Source of the DNA: Pelomyxa schiedti | Taxonomy: Eukaryota; Protista; Evosea | Direction: 5' to 3' | Length of the DNA stretch: 41,211 bases | NCBI GenBank assembly: GCA_020536535.1 | Contig: JAHLWZ010000195.1 | Location: 1 to 41,211, forward strand | Shown: piece after piece, positions 24,801-35,079 of the stretch | How the letters are laid out: each line of letters begins with the position of its first letter | Position numbering within the stretch: position 1 is the stretch's first letter | Notes under the pieces: generated by a model | What the model was told of the DNA's origin: nothing | What the model saw: the letters and a program-made list of their open reading frames with translations, nothing else | Databases searched by the model: none | Position numbers and translations under genes: made by a program

Positions 24801-25393
24801 TCTTACCTTGCTTACCTTGCTCCAGTGGTTCTTCCCGTCGACGGGTGAGCATGACTTTGTGGGAATTTCCTCTTGTTGTCTCATCACCAACTCTCACCCT
24901 TGGCCTTGGGGGTCATAATGCTCCAATTGGTGTCCCAGTTTCTGAGACAGTTACAATCAAAAATGTCCACAGCCGCCGGTCATATACGTATGCCCTTGTT
25001 TGTGGAAAGAGTGACAAGTTCGAGCTTGCTCTCGAACCTCAATCGGGAGTCCTCAAGCCAGTATCTCTTTTTCATTGTAGTCCTTGTAGATTAAATTAGC
25101 CTCAGAAAGAAGCAGCCTCAATAATAGTTACAGTCACCTTTAATTGTACAACTCGGGCCGCCATCAGGATTTGTCTTGAAGCTTCAGGTCGTATCCTTGT
25201 TGAGACATCTCAGTAACCTAACCTTTGAAACACATAACAGTATTTCCACCATCCCCAGACACGGAAACTGTATATACCTGGCTCTGCGGTAACATTGATA
25301 GTAAGCTCTCGACGAGGCTTGACTTTGATGATATACAACTCCAACTTCCCCCGATTGGAGATGGTGGAAATACTGTTATGTGTTTCAAAGGTT
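21869..25393 (+). CDS. LRR single-pass transmembrane receptor kinase, 5' part, truncated by the scaffold gap
   Basis: Signal/anchor peptide; about 18-19 LRRs of LxxLDLSxNxLxGxIP type; Cys-rich cap; TM helix at about 24575-24660; Ig/MSP-like juxtamembrane domain; then SKLSTRLDFDDIQLQLPPIGDG, the entry into the kinase Gly-loop typical of Entamoeba-type transmembrane kinases. Confidence 0.88.
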
Positions 25394-25493
25394 NNNNNNN
25401 NNNNNNNNNNNNNNNNNNNNNNNNNNNNNNNNNNNNNNNNNNNNNNNNNNNNNNNNNNNNNNNNNNNNNNNNNNNNNNNNNNNNNNNNNNNNN
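25394..25493. other. Scaffold gap (100 N)
   Basis: Run of exactly 100 N; the flanks are unrelated gene fragments. Confidence 1.
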
Positions 25494-25544
25494 AAATTTC
25501 TGGTTCACCTCACATGTGTGTAAGTTATATATTCACTGTTACCA

Positions 25545-25619
25545 GAGGAAAAAAGACTCGCGGTAACTGTCATGGATATCGACGCCGACACGAGTGTTGT
25601 TCCTTGTGGGGCTTTTAAA
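25545..25619 (+). pseudogene. Fragment resembling radial spoke head protein 9 (RSPH9/RSP9)
   Basis: EEKRLAVTVMDIDADTSVVPCGAFK has the same spacing as the RSPH9 motif EExRLxxxIxxIDxxxxIxPRGA (recognised from memory). No C-terminal remainder fits before the next ATG at 25725. Confidence 0.45.
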
Positions 25620-25724
25620 GATCTCGGCCATCATTTTTTAATTCAATCTAACCAACCAAAGCTCTTTGTAAGCTCCTCGTCCAGCGCCCCAAGAAAAAAA
25701 AAGCGAACTAAGCAACAATACACA

Positions 25725-26861
25725 ATGCCTAAGCCCGCAAAGTTAGCCGCAAAGTCCGCTAAAGCCGCCAAGCCCGCCAAGACCGACGCAAAGGCCGCAC
25801 CAAAGGCCAAGCCCGCGAAGAAAGCCGCACCAAAGGGAGACGCGAAGCCCGCACCCAAGCCAAAAGCGGTCAAGAAGGCACCCAAGCCCAAGAAGGTCGA
25901 CGAGGACATTGAGGAGGAAGACACCGAAATGGCGGTACACTTTCCCTTTCTTTTTTTTTCGTTTTCTTGTTTTTTATTTGGTTTTGTTGGGTTTTTAGCC
26001 GTTGTATTGCTGATATATGTCTAACATTGCATAAAGCTCGCTGGCAAGAAACGCAAACCAGCCAAGGAGGCCGAGCCCGAGGAATCGGCTGCTGCTAAGC
26101 CCGCCGGAACACCAGTCAAGAAAGCACGCGTCGACATCGAAACTGCTTGCCGTGCATTCGTCTCTGGCATCTCCGTTAAAACCACCCGCGATCAGTTCAC
26201 TGAGCACTTCAACAAGTGCGAAGGTTTCGTCAATGCATACCTGTTCGAGCTCCACGGAAAACCCACGTAAGTTCATACCTATTTTCATAGCACACCTCTT
26301 ACATAATAATAACAAAAAAACACTAATCTCCTCCAGCGGCCGAGGACTCGTCAACTTCACTTCTAGCGAGAACATGCAGGCCGCTGTTGCTAAAATGAAC
26401 GGCACTGAACTCAACGGAGCAGAGCTCGCCGTTGTCCACTGCAAACCCGCAGAGAGCAAGATCAACGAGGCCAGGAACAAGCTCGACCCACGCAAGTCGT
26501 TCTTCGTCAAGGGCATCCCTGTTGAGAAGTCGGAGGAGGAAGTGAACGCCTACTTCTCCACCTGCGAAGGCTTCAAGGCCACGAAGATGATGCTCGACTT
26601 CGAGAAGAACTTCAAGGGGTATGCACAGTTCCCTCGCTGTACCGGTTAACCCTTCTAATGTTTACCAGATCCGCCATTGTTGAGTTCGAGACGGAGGAGA
26701 ACATGGAAGCAGCCAAGACCAAGCTCCAGGGTACCCCATTCAGCGGCGCTGAGCTCACCTTCGAAGCCGCGAAGGAGACTGTTAGTATGTGATTCTTTCT
26801 CCGCTGCCTTTGGTTTTCTAACTCTACCCCAGAGCACAAAAAGGGAGCCCGCAAACACTGA
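25725..26861 (+). CDS. Nucleolin/Nsr1-like protein: Lys/Ala/Pro-rich and acidic N-terminus plus 2 RRMs
   Basis: MPKPAKLAAKS... PK/AK repeats, DEDIEEED; RRM1 RAFVSGI...GRGLVNF; RRM2 SFFVKGI...KG|SAIVEF; stop TGA 26859-26861. Codons are strongly C/G-ending. Confidence 0.75.
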
Positions 26862-27088
26862 AAACCCACCTCTTCCGAACAACATACATAAACCAGAGTC
26901 TTCCCAACCCTCTACACCAAAACACTGGGTGGTGGCCCTTTTGGGGTCACCATTACCATAGTAACCCTTTAAGAGAAATACTCTCTGAAATTTTTTCTTT
27001 GTCTTTTTTCCATCTGCTATCACCCACTTCGGAAAAGAAATATTTTCAAAACACAACAGGATATTAGGCTCTCCAGCACGGGTGTGTG

Positions 27089-28828
27089 ATGTCTTCTGGT
27101 CGGAACAACAACAACAACAACAAGTCGCAGGCAGATGACAGCCCTCCCTCTTCGTTGCTGCTGCACCAGCCGTCATACAAGATAGACCTGGCGGCGGCTG
27201 TTGCGTCGGTCTCGCAGCAGCGCTCCGCCCCACTCGCGCTGGCAACCCCGTCGCCGCCCCCGCACGGCGACGGCGCGGACTACGACGCAGTCGCCACCAA
27301 CGCAGCCGCGAGGCACCCGCCCTCCGCCCCAGCAAGAACAACAACAGCCGCCGACACAGCAGCAGCGGCGCACCCAGTAACAACCGCCACCACCTCCACG
27401 ACGACCACCACCACGACCACAAGCAGCAGCAGCGGCGGCGGCGGCGGGCGGCAGCAGTACGGCCCAGGCCCGGCCACGGGGCGAGGAAGCGGCGGGGGGA
27501 GCGGGAGCAGGGGCGGCAGCAGCGTGGGCGGGAGTGTGGGTGGCAGCCCCTCCCCCGGGGGAGGGGCCAGCATGGTGCCCGGGTCGCCGGCCACGTCGCA
27601 GCTGGGGGGGTCGCTGCCGGCCTCGGCCGCGGCGGACGCGGGCAGCAGCGTGGTCAGCGCCACCGCGAGCACCAGCGTGAGCGCGGGCGGAGGCGCCGGC
27701 GGCGACTGGGACGAGAAGCTCGAGTTCATGGAGCGGGCCGCCAAGGTCGCGGGGATGTCGGACGCGAGCCTCGAGAGCGCCGACCTGGCCGACGTCGGCT
27801 TCTGGGCCTCCACTTCCACGATCCACTCTGTGCGCTGCGCGCTGAACATTCTGCCGTGCAGGAAGAAGAGCACTACGGGCACCATCGAGGCCACCAACCG
27901 CGGCCTCAAGTTCACTGTCGAGGATTCTCACTCGTACGCGGCTAATGTGTACCTGACTCGCGAGATGTTCAACGAGTATTACTTGGGTCCAAATGCCACA
28001 GATAACACGAGGATAGAGGTCACAATTGATTTCAACTCGCTGATGGAATCATTAAATGTACGGCTCCTGCTACACTACCACTGGCCTCCTTATTTCTAGA
28101 AATAACTTAACTTTCTTCATATATTACACCCATTTCTATCCTAACCTCCTAGTAGTTGTTCGTCCTGAACCAATCACACAGTGCTCTTTGGACGTTGTTG
28201 TACGTAACTGGACGCTCTGTGTATATGTGCGTGGAACCAGCCCAAACCACTGGCATTGAGACATCGGCTTGTTTTCAATTTCGAATACTCAACGCCACCA
28301 ATGAGGACCGTCTACCAAGTCACTTCATACCAGGAGATCAGTTGAATAGTTTTGTGGTTACAGGCACCGTTTTCCGTGATGCCATTCTAGAGATGGATCC
28401 TACATGCGACCATATAATGTTGAATCTTACTCCTATTCCACCCTCCCCTGCTCCAAGCACTCCTTTCTGCCAGCTCATCTCGGAAAGCCCTTCTGGAACC
28501 TTTGCTGTTGAGTTTTCCAAAGAGAAATTGAACAACGAGTCCGCTACCATCGTTCAGACACAAAACAACAGATACAAAATGTCTCAAATGAAGGCTCTCG
28601 TAGGAGCGTTGAAGGTATGGTACCTGTTTTTCTACCAATACACTAAAATAACCAACACTAAAGGAAGCTGAAACAGTGATGGTGTCAACAAACCACAATG
28701 GGCTCCTTTCACTTCAAATATCCTTGCAATCAGAAGATAGGAAATTTATCTTTGTGGACTTCCACTTGCTCCCAGACTTTAGTGACCCTGCAGACACTGT
28801 AGGTGGCGATAGTGACAGTGATTCTTGA
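27089..28828 (+). CDS. RAD1: RAD1 checkpoint clamp (9-1-1) subunit with long low-complexity N-terminal extension
   Basis: ATNRGLKFTVEDSHSYAANVYLTREMFNEY...IDFNSLMESLN, FRDAILEMD, SGTFAVEF, RYKMSQMKAL, TNHNGLLSLQ...FVDFHLLPD follow the Rad1/Rec1/Rad17 pattern. Two GT-AG introns. Confidence 0.85.
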
Positions 28829-29120
28829 ATTCATCTTTCACTTAATGAACCCACTAAATTTACCACCCTCATCCCCTTTCAAACCCTGAACAAGAGAGGT
28901 GAAATAAGATGGGATGGCCCTGTCTCTCTCTTGTACACAAACAAACCTTTCCTCCATTGATTGAATCAAAGTTTGATTGAACAAACAAAAAAAATTTGCA
29001 GTTCAAAGAAAAAAAAAGAAATTCAAAAAGAGCGTGGTGGCTCGAGGGGTGTTACTACAAAATGGTAATAATTGGTGGGAGTTTTATTGTTGGGGTGGTT
29101 CGTTGTCAACAAACCAACTC

Positions 29121-29803
29121 ATGGGATCGGTTTTATTGACTGATTTTTTTTTTTTTTTTCGTAGATTCACTACATCCTCGTGCAAAACCGTGCTGGAAAA
29201 ACACGTCTTGCAAAATGGTTTGGTTTCTTTCCTGGTTTTTTTTTTCGTAACATCGACACACAATATTCATACATAGTGCTTAGTTTCATTTTACTTTTTG
29301 TTAAAACACTGCTAAGGTACACAGCGTATACTGAGGAAGAAAAGACCAAGCTCACATCAGAGGTGTACAGATTGTTGAACTCGCGTGACTCGAAATACAC
29401 AAACTTCCTTGAGGTGACGCCAGTATATTCATTCACGCGTTCTGATTTCAGTCTCCCCTTCCTATTGTGTCTGCGTTTTGCAGTTCCGCACACACAAAAT
29501 TGTGTACAGACGCTATGTTGGACTATACTTCTGCATGTGCGTGGATACTACTGACAACGAGCTTGCAGTTCTGGAAGCCATACACAGCTTTGTAGAAACT
29601 CTTGATAGCTACTTCGGAAATGTTTGCGAACTTGATCTGGTGTACTATTACTACAAAGTGTGTATGTTGGGTCTTCTGTTTGAGTTACTAATTGGTGCCA
29701 GGTTTTCCTTGTACTTGATGAAATGTTTGTCGGTGGCGAGATAATGGAAACAAGCAAGCCTGTTATACTTGCCCAAATGGAAAAAATGGACATGTTACCA
29801 TAA
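29121..29803 (+). CDS. AP2S1: AP-2 complex sigma subunit, 5 exons
   Basis: MGS|IHYILVQNRAGKTRLAKW|Y...TNFLE|FRTHKIVYRRYVGLYFC...NVCELDLVYYYYK|VFLVLDEMF; QNRAGKTRLAKW and TNF-x-EFR are AP2-sigma signatures. Confidence 0.93.
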
Positions 29804-29883
29804 TCCTCAACAAAACGATTCTCGTGTTCTCTTGGCTTTTATTTTTCCTTTTTTTCTCTTGATACTGCCCTGGGAGCAGTGGA

Positions 29884-32800
29884 TTAGAAAGGGACTTGGG
29901 GAATCCCGCAACTTCCAGCCCCAATTGGTGATACTCCAATCCCTCTTCTCTTCATTCGACACATCTTGATTTGATTAGTAAAAACTTTAGCTAATGACAC
30001 AATACTCTACATTTGTGAACATAGAGAAGCTGACAGGGTATGGGCTGTTTCCTGAACCAATCCAAAGCCCATCACCCGCAGCTGCAGCCATTGGCCACAC
30101 TTTAGTAAAAAGGTTGTGCTGTAGATGATAGGTGATGGTTAGAATGTGTTAGTAAGAGGATTACATCCATAACAGACAGGGAAGTACATACTTCATCAAC
30201 AAACTCTCCCCACATCATTGTCTCTGCCCCAAGGACTTTTCCAGCCCAGTTGACATACGCGGACATCGGGTCGTAGTTTAGTAGCTCAGTCCACTGCTTG
30301 GCCATGTTTATGTACCACTGGGTCTTCCCAAGAAGAATCCGGAAGCCTTTGGATGCTGCCGCTTTAGCACGTTCGTCAGTTATCCAGGGCTATGTGGTTT
30401 TGGTTTAGCGGCTCTAGACTTTTTTGGTTTTGGTTGTTTCCCATCCCAGGTTAAAACCGGGAAGGTGGAAAAGTTTGTTTTGGGAGAGTTTTACCTCAAT
30501 GACAACATCTGAAAATCCAAGATTTGACCATGATTGGTAGCCTTCCTCCCAGGATACCATTGTCCTATTTAGGGGCACAACAATGTTGTGAACTTTCTGC
30601 AGGAAGTATCTGCAACAATTATCAGCTAGGATTACAGGGGGGCGATGCCGGACTCGAATAATCCTTGTGTGTCTGGTATTCCATGTGAAGCCATCCACTC
30701 TCGATGTGACAACCAACAGTCATGGTTCACTTCGTCTGAGCCAAGGTGCAGGAATTTGTCTATTTGGATGTGAATACACCAACTTCTACACAATGCACCA
30801 AGCATACCAGGGAACATGGCGGCAACATCTGATAGAACGAGTTTGATAGTTTCAAACAGAGCATCCACAGTTGGATTGAGTGCCGGGGTATTAACTTCAT
30901 TTTTCGCCTATTAGTGGCAGTTTCTTTGAATCTCAACTTACTGCACCAGCTATCAAATCCATCATAAGAATAGCGGGGATAGCCCCAATTATGAGGGTCT
31001 GCACCACACTCAAAACCCTCTTTTTAGCATCAGAAACGCTTCAAGAAGCCAGTTCAATTAAGAATAATAATATAAGACACATTCACAAGCAACTGTCCTA
31101 CTTGCACAAACTTGAAGATAGGAAGTCGAGACACAAATCGACATATTCAGGGAAAGCGTTAGACCATGCCCGTGTGTGTGCCGGCATATCTAGTTCTAAA
31201 TGGTGGTTAAAAAAAAAAGGAAAGAAGAGAAGGTGATGCCAAACCAGGGACAACTCGAATCCCGAGAGCGTTGGCGTGTTCCACGATCAATTTCACTTCA
31301 TAAGGGCCATACACTGTTTCCAGTAAAATGCCAATACCCAAACAAAGGAGAAGTCACCTTGGTCCAAATTGTAGGCACCCTTTTCAGCAAGAGATGGTAC
31401 AGACTTCGTATATAGTGGAAAGCTGGCCCCATCAGAAAGATGCCAATGAAGAACATTGAATTTTTGAAAACTCATTGCAGAGAGCATGTGCAATACCGTG
31501 TGAGTAGGAAGGAAGTGCCTTGATGAATCAAGTAGAAGCCCCCGCCAACCAAATCTGGGAAAGAATGAGTGTTAGGTAAGACAAATTACCTCTCGAACCT
31601 GGGAGAGTCTGAAATTGAGAAATGTGGTACGCAACATTGCCAATCAGAACACTCCACAACCTGAGAGAAAGTCTCCAGACCTTTAAGAATGCCCCACACA
31701 GTGGATGCCTTTAAACTGGTTAAAATTCAATTGCTTGACTCATGAAATGGAAAAGAGGGGGAAAAATCACCTTCAGCTCTGCCCGCTTAGAAGACTCTGT
31801 TTGTAGGAACTGCAATTGGTAGGACTCATCAACACCAAATTGGATAAATTCGGACTTTTCTGGTAGAACTCCTTGGAGGTTGATATTCAACCCCATCAGG
31901 GCGTCACGTGAAAAAGTGGCCTTAGACTTTGACGCACTCCAAGGAAATGTCATATACTGGTAGCGTTCAAGAGCTTTGGATATAATTTGTGGAAGATGGG
32001 CTTTATCAATAAGCTTTGACTGTTTATCAAACACCCGGAACTCAAACATGGGGACATTTACGTCAACCCAAGTTCCGCCGGTATTAGATCCTATACGAGG
32101 CCATAGGATAGGCGGAATATGAGGTTTTGGGCACCTATAAAGTTTTATTGAAGCGAACACAATTTCAAAAGTTCATACACGAGAGGTTCTGAAGAGGGGG
32201 CAGGAGCACGAACTGAAGTGGCATTGCAAATTGCACTACACATAATATCCCATGTCCACTTTTCAACACACATTCCAGCACAAGCACAGAATCTGCATCC
32301 AGGCAAGGCAGAGCAAGTAGTGATCCCTCTATCCCCTGCAGCTAGTCCACATGAGATACAAGATACTCCTGATCGCCGGCAAGTTCCATCAGTATTACAG
32401 TAGACGCAACCATGCTCACTGCACTTAGCTTCATCCCCCCCATAGAGGAAGCAGTTTTTGGCAGGATTAACAACCTTCTGCACGGGAGTAGGACTGTAAG
32501 AATTGTTAGTGTTACGTGCAGCATTAGAAAGTGCTTCAAGAAGTTACTATATTATTAAAACCGGGTTAAAATAGAAAAAATGAAACAGGAAATTTAAGCT
32601 AAAGAGATAGCAAGTTATAAAATTGGAAGTAAATCACACCCAGGTTGTTTGGTGGATTCTTCAATTTTGCCACATGGGGCATCACTTATCTTCCCACAAG
32701 TGCAATTTGGCTGCAATGGAGGAGGTGGAGGGGGAGGCGGCTGTGGGCACGAGCAATTGCAACTGCTGTTGCAGGCTTCTTTGGACTCGGAATTTGACCG

Positions 32801-33032
32801 AATCGGGGTTGCACACAACACAACAGGGCAAGACACTGACGCCGCGGTCACATTTTCGATAATGGGACACAACCCAACAGTAAAAAAGTAAGGCGATTGC
32901 CTGAGCAGGAAAAAACACGTAGTCCCTACTGTCTGTTGTTTGTTAACGTCAACATCCAACAACACAAGAACAAGTAGTGAGGGCATGCACCAGAAGAACC
33001 AGAACCAAAACAAGCCACCTCTGTAGCCTCAT
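29884..33032 (-). CDS. Beta-N-acetylhexosaminidase (GH20) with signal peptide and Cys/Pro-rich, PSI-like N-terminal domains
   Basis: LWPR, GVDESYQL, ASTVWGILKGLETFSQ, DSPRFGWRGLLLDSSRHF, FNVLHWHLSDGASFP, catalytic HLGSDEV, GAETMMWGE, VWP, CRMKRRG. The ATG at 33032 with signal peptide MRLQRWLVLVLVLLVHAL is likely; the first intron is uncertain. Confidence 0.9.
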
Positions 33033-33325
33033 GATGTCAAAGAATTCCACAAGAAAAACTTGTGCACCAGTCCTAATTGCACTCCAGCATCTTGATGGTC
33101 AGGCACCAATTCACCCTCTGAGATTCAACCACCACGGATCAACGAGGGGGTAGGCAAGTCGACCCATGGAGGACCGCATTCCCAGAGAACTGATCATATC
33201 ATCGATCTCCCCAAACTTACGTACCTTTGTTTTCTTACAGTGCAACTCAACAGTCCACATTTGTGTGAAAAAGCGTGTTTTTCATTTGGGTTAAATTAAA
33301 GAATCGGTCGGTTCAACCGTTGACA

Positions 33326-33468
33326 ATGCGGGCGTTGGTGGTGTCTCTGGTTGTGGCGTGCGCGATTGGCGTGTGCTTCGGCACCATCTTGGTTGGTGAC
33401 CAACTTTCTGGCGGGACGTCCATCTACACTCTGGATACAACAAGCCAACCGCTGGCGGCAAAGAATAT
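33326..33468 (+). CDS. First exon of a secreted or receptor protein (signal peptide)
   Basis: MRALVVSLVVACAIGVCFG TILVGDQLSGG..., ending in the donor AT|GTGAGC. Confidence 0.6.
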
Positions 33469-33504
33469 GTGAGCCTCGTATTACTATTTCTACTTCACAT
33501 TGTG

Positions 33505-33539
33505 CCCCCCCCCCCCCCCTTTTTTTTTTTTTTTTTTTT
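33505..33539 (+). repeat. C15-T20 compound homopolymer
   Basis: Directly visible; it lies in the intron joining the signal-peptide exon to the kinase exons. Confidence 0.95.
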
Positions 33540-33567
33540 GCTTTACCGCTTCTTAATTCCTGGATAG

Positions 33568-34927
33568 AGGAACCTGGAGAAGTACCGATGTCGCAGTAAA
33601 AGTACGTGTCTTTGATAAAAATATGTGGTTCTTATACCAATAGGTATTGAAATTCCAAGAAATGGACGAAATTTCCTTTGCTGAATTTAAACGGGAAATT
33701 CAAATGATGGAGGATATTAGGTCAATATATTGTATCAACTTTATCGGTATGACTTTTTGAGTAATTATGAATTTAATCCTAATTAGGAGCCGTAACCACT
33801 CCTGGCAAATGCTGCATTGTTACTGTATTATCCGTTCCCCTAAATTCTTCTTGTAAATCTCATTTCAGGAATTTTGTGAGCATGGCAGCTTGTCATCAGT
33901 AACAATCCTCATCTTTAGTTAAATAAGTTAGGATTCAGGTAATGCGCAAGTATAACATGTGCTATTGTCTCAAAGTAAAAATGGCATCTGATGCTGCTAA
34001 GGGTATTTTTATATTTCCAACAGTTGTTTCTGTTAATGATGATGTTGTCCTTCAGGGATGAACTACCTGCACACCAATGGAATTATTCACCGAGATTTCA
34101 AACCTGGTTTACCAGTTACTTGTCAATACTTTTATCAACCATTACCAAGACAACCTTCTTGTCACTTCCTTGGCGTTAAATTCTCCAGTCAACTGCAAAA
34201 TAACAGGTAACTGACCTCGCCTTTTGTAACTAATATCCCTGTGAGATTTTGGAACTACCCGGGATATTAATGAAGCCAATGCAACCAATAAGTGAAACTC
34301 CCGAGAGGTTTTTCCTTCTCATATCATATAGATACACATTGGGCATTGGAACAGTGATGTATCATGCTCCGGAGATGATTCTCCCGGCAACTGAGGGTGC
34401 GTACAATCAGTCTTGTGATGTGTTTAGGTGTGTATACCTTTTGCTTTTAAACTTTGACTAGTGCAGTTATGCTGTTACGTTGTATGAATTATATGTGGAT
34501 GAAGATTGTTATCCTCCGACTCTGTTCAAAAGCTTTTATCGTAAGAGGTTTTTTTTTACCTGAGCAATTTACAAGTCTTTTAGAAGTCTCACAGTTCATA
34601 ATGGAAGGAAAGGTTGACACCCACCAAATCACAATAATAAGAATAATGAACGATGCATAATAGCGGAGACCTATACCTGATAGTTGCCCTTCAGACTATG
34701 CCCGGCTCGTAACTGATTGTTGGCAACAAGACCCGAGTGCCAGGCCTTGTGTGTTCCCCTCTATTACTTTCAAACTACTCATCAATTCCACAGCATTCAA
34801 GGAAATTGAAAGCCGCGTACAAGTAATAATGGAAGAAGCCCGGCAGAACCTCGATACAAATCTTCCTGTAACAACTCTCAAACAACCCTCAGCAGGGAAA
34901 CCCAAGCCATCATTGACCACCAACTAA
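33568..34927 (+). CDS. TKL / transmembrane-kinase-type catalytic domain lacking its Gly-rich loop
   Basis: GTWRSTDVAVK|VLKFQEMDE...FKREIQMM, CIVT|EFCEHGSL, KMASDAAKGMNYLH, IIHRDFKPDNLL, CKITDFGTTRDIN, GIGTVMYHAPE, DVFSYAV, CWQQDPSARP. Stop TAA 34925-34927. Confidence 0.92.
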
Positions 34928-35079
34928 TCTGTAATTTCTGCTTAAAATAGTGAGGAACCCCTTTTGTGCGATTGATTCAATTCAAGCCCAGTTGAGTTGC
35001 GAACTGGCCAATTAATAACGCTTCGTTTAAAGGGTTATTACGTGAAGTTGTCAACAAACAACCAAAAAAAAAAAGCAAG

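Noticed and set aside
27173-27931. Two long antisense ORFs (252 and 211 aa) opposite RAD1
   Set aside because: Expected from very GC-rich, stop-poor low-complexity DNA; no domain signal.
28717-28765. ATATCCTT...AC resembling an AT-AC minor intron in RAD1
   Set aside because: The segment encodes the conserved Rad1 C-terminal strand (ISLQSEDRKFIFVDF) and has no U12 branch motif.
29121-29164. Apparent non-canonical GG donor right after the AP2S1 ATG
   Set aside because: A canonical GT at 29130 gives MGS|IHYIL in frame.
33040-33260. U1 snRNA-like pieces (ATTGCACTCC at 33076; GGGGAGAT...ATGATCA on the minus strand) and a 49-aa minus-strand ORF upstream of the hexosaminidase
   Set aside because: The motifs are on opposite strands, there is no 5' ACTTACCTG in the right place and no closing stem; the small ORF has no supporting features.
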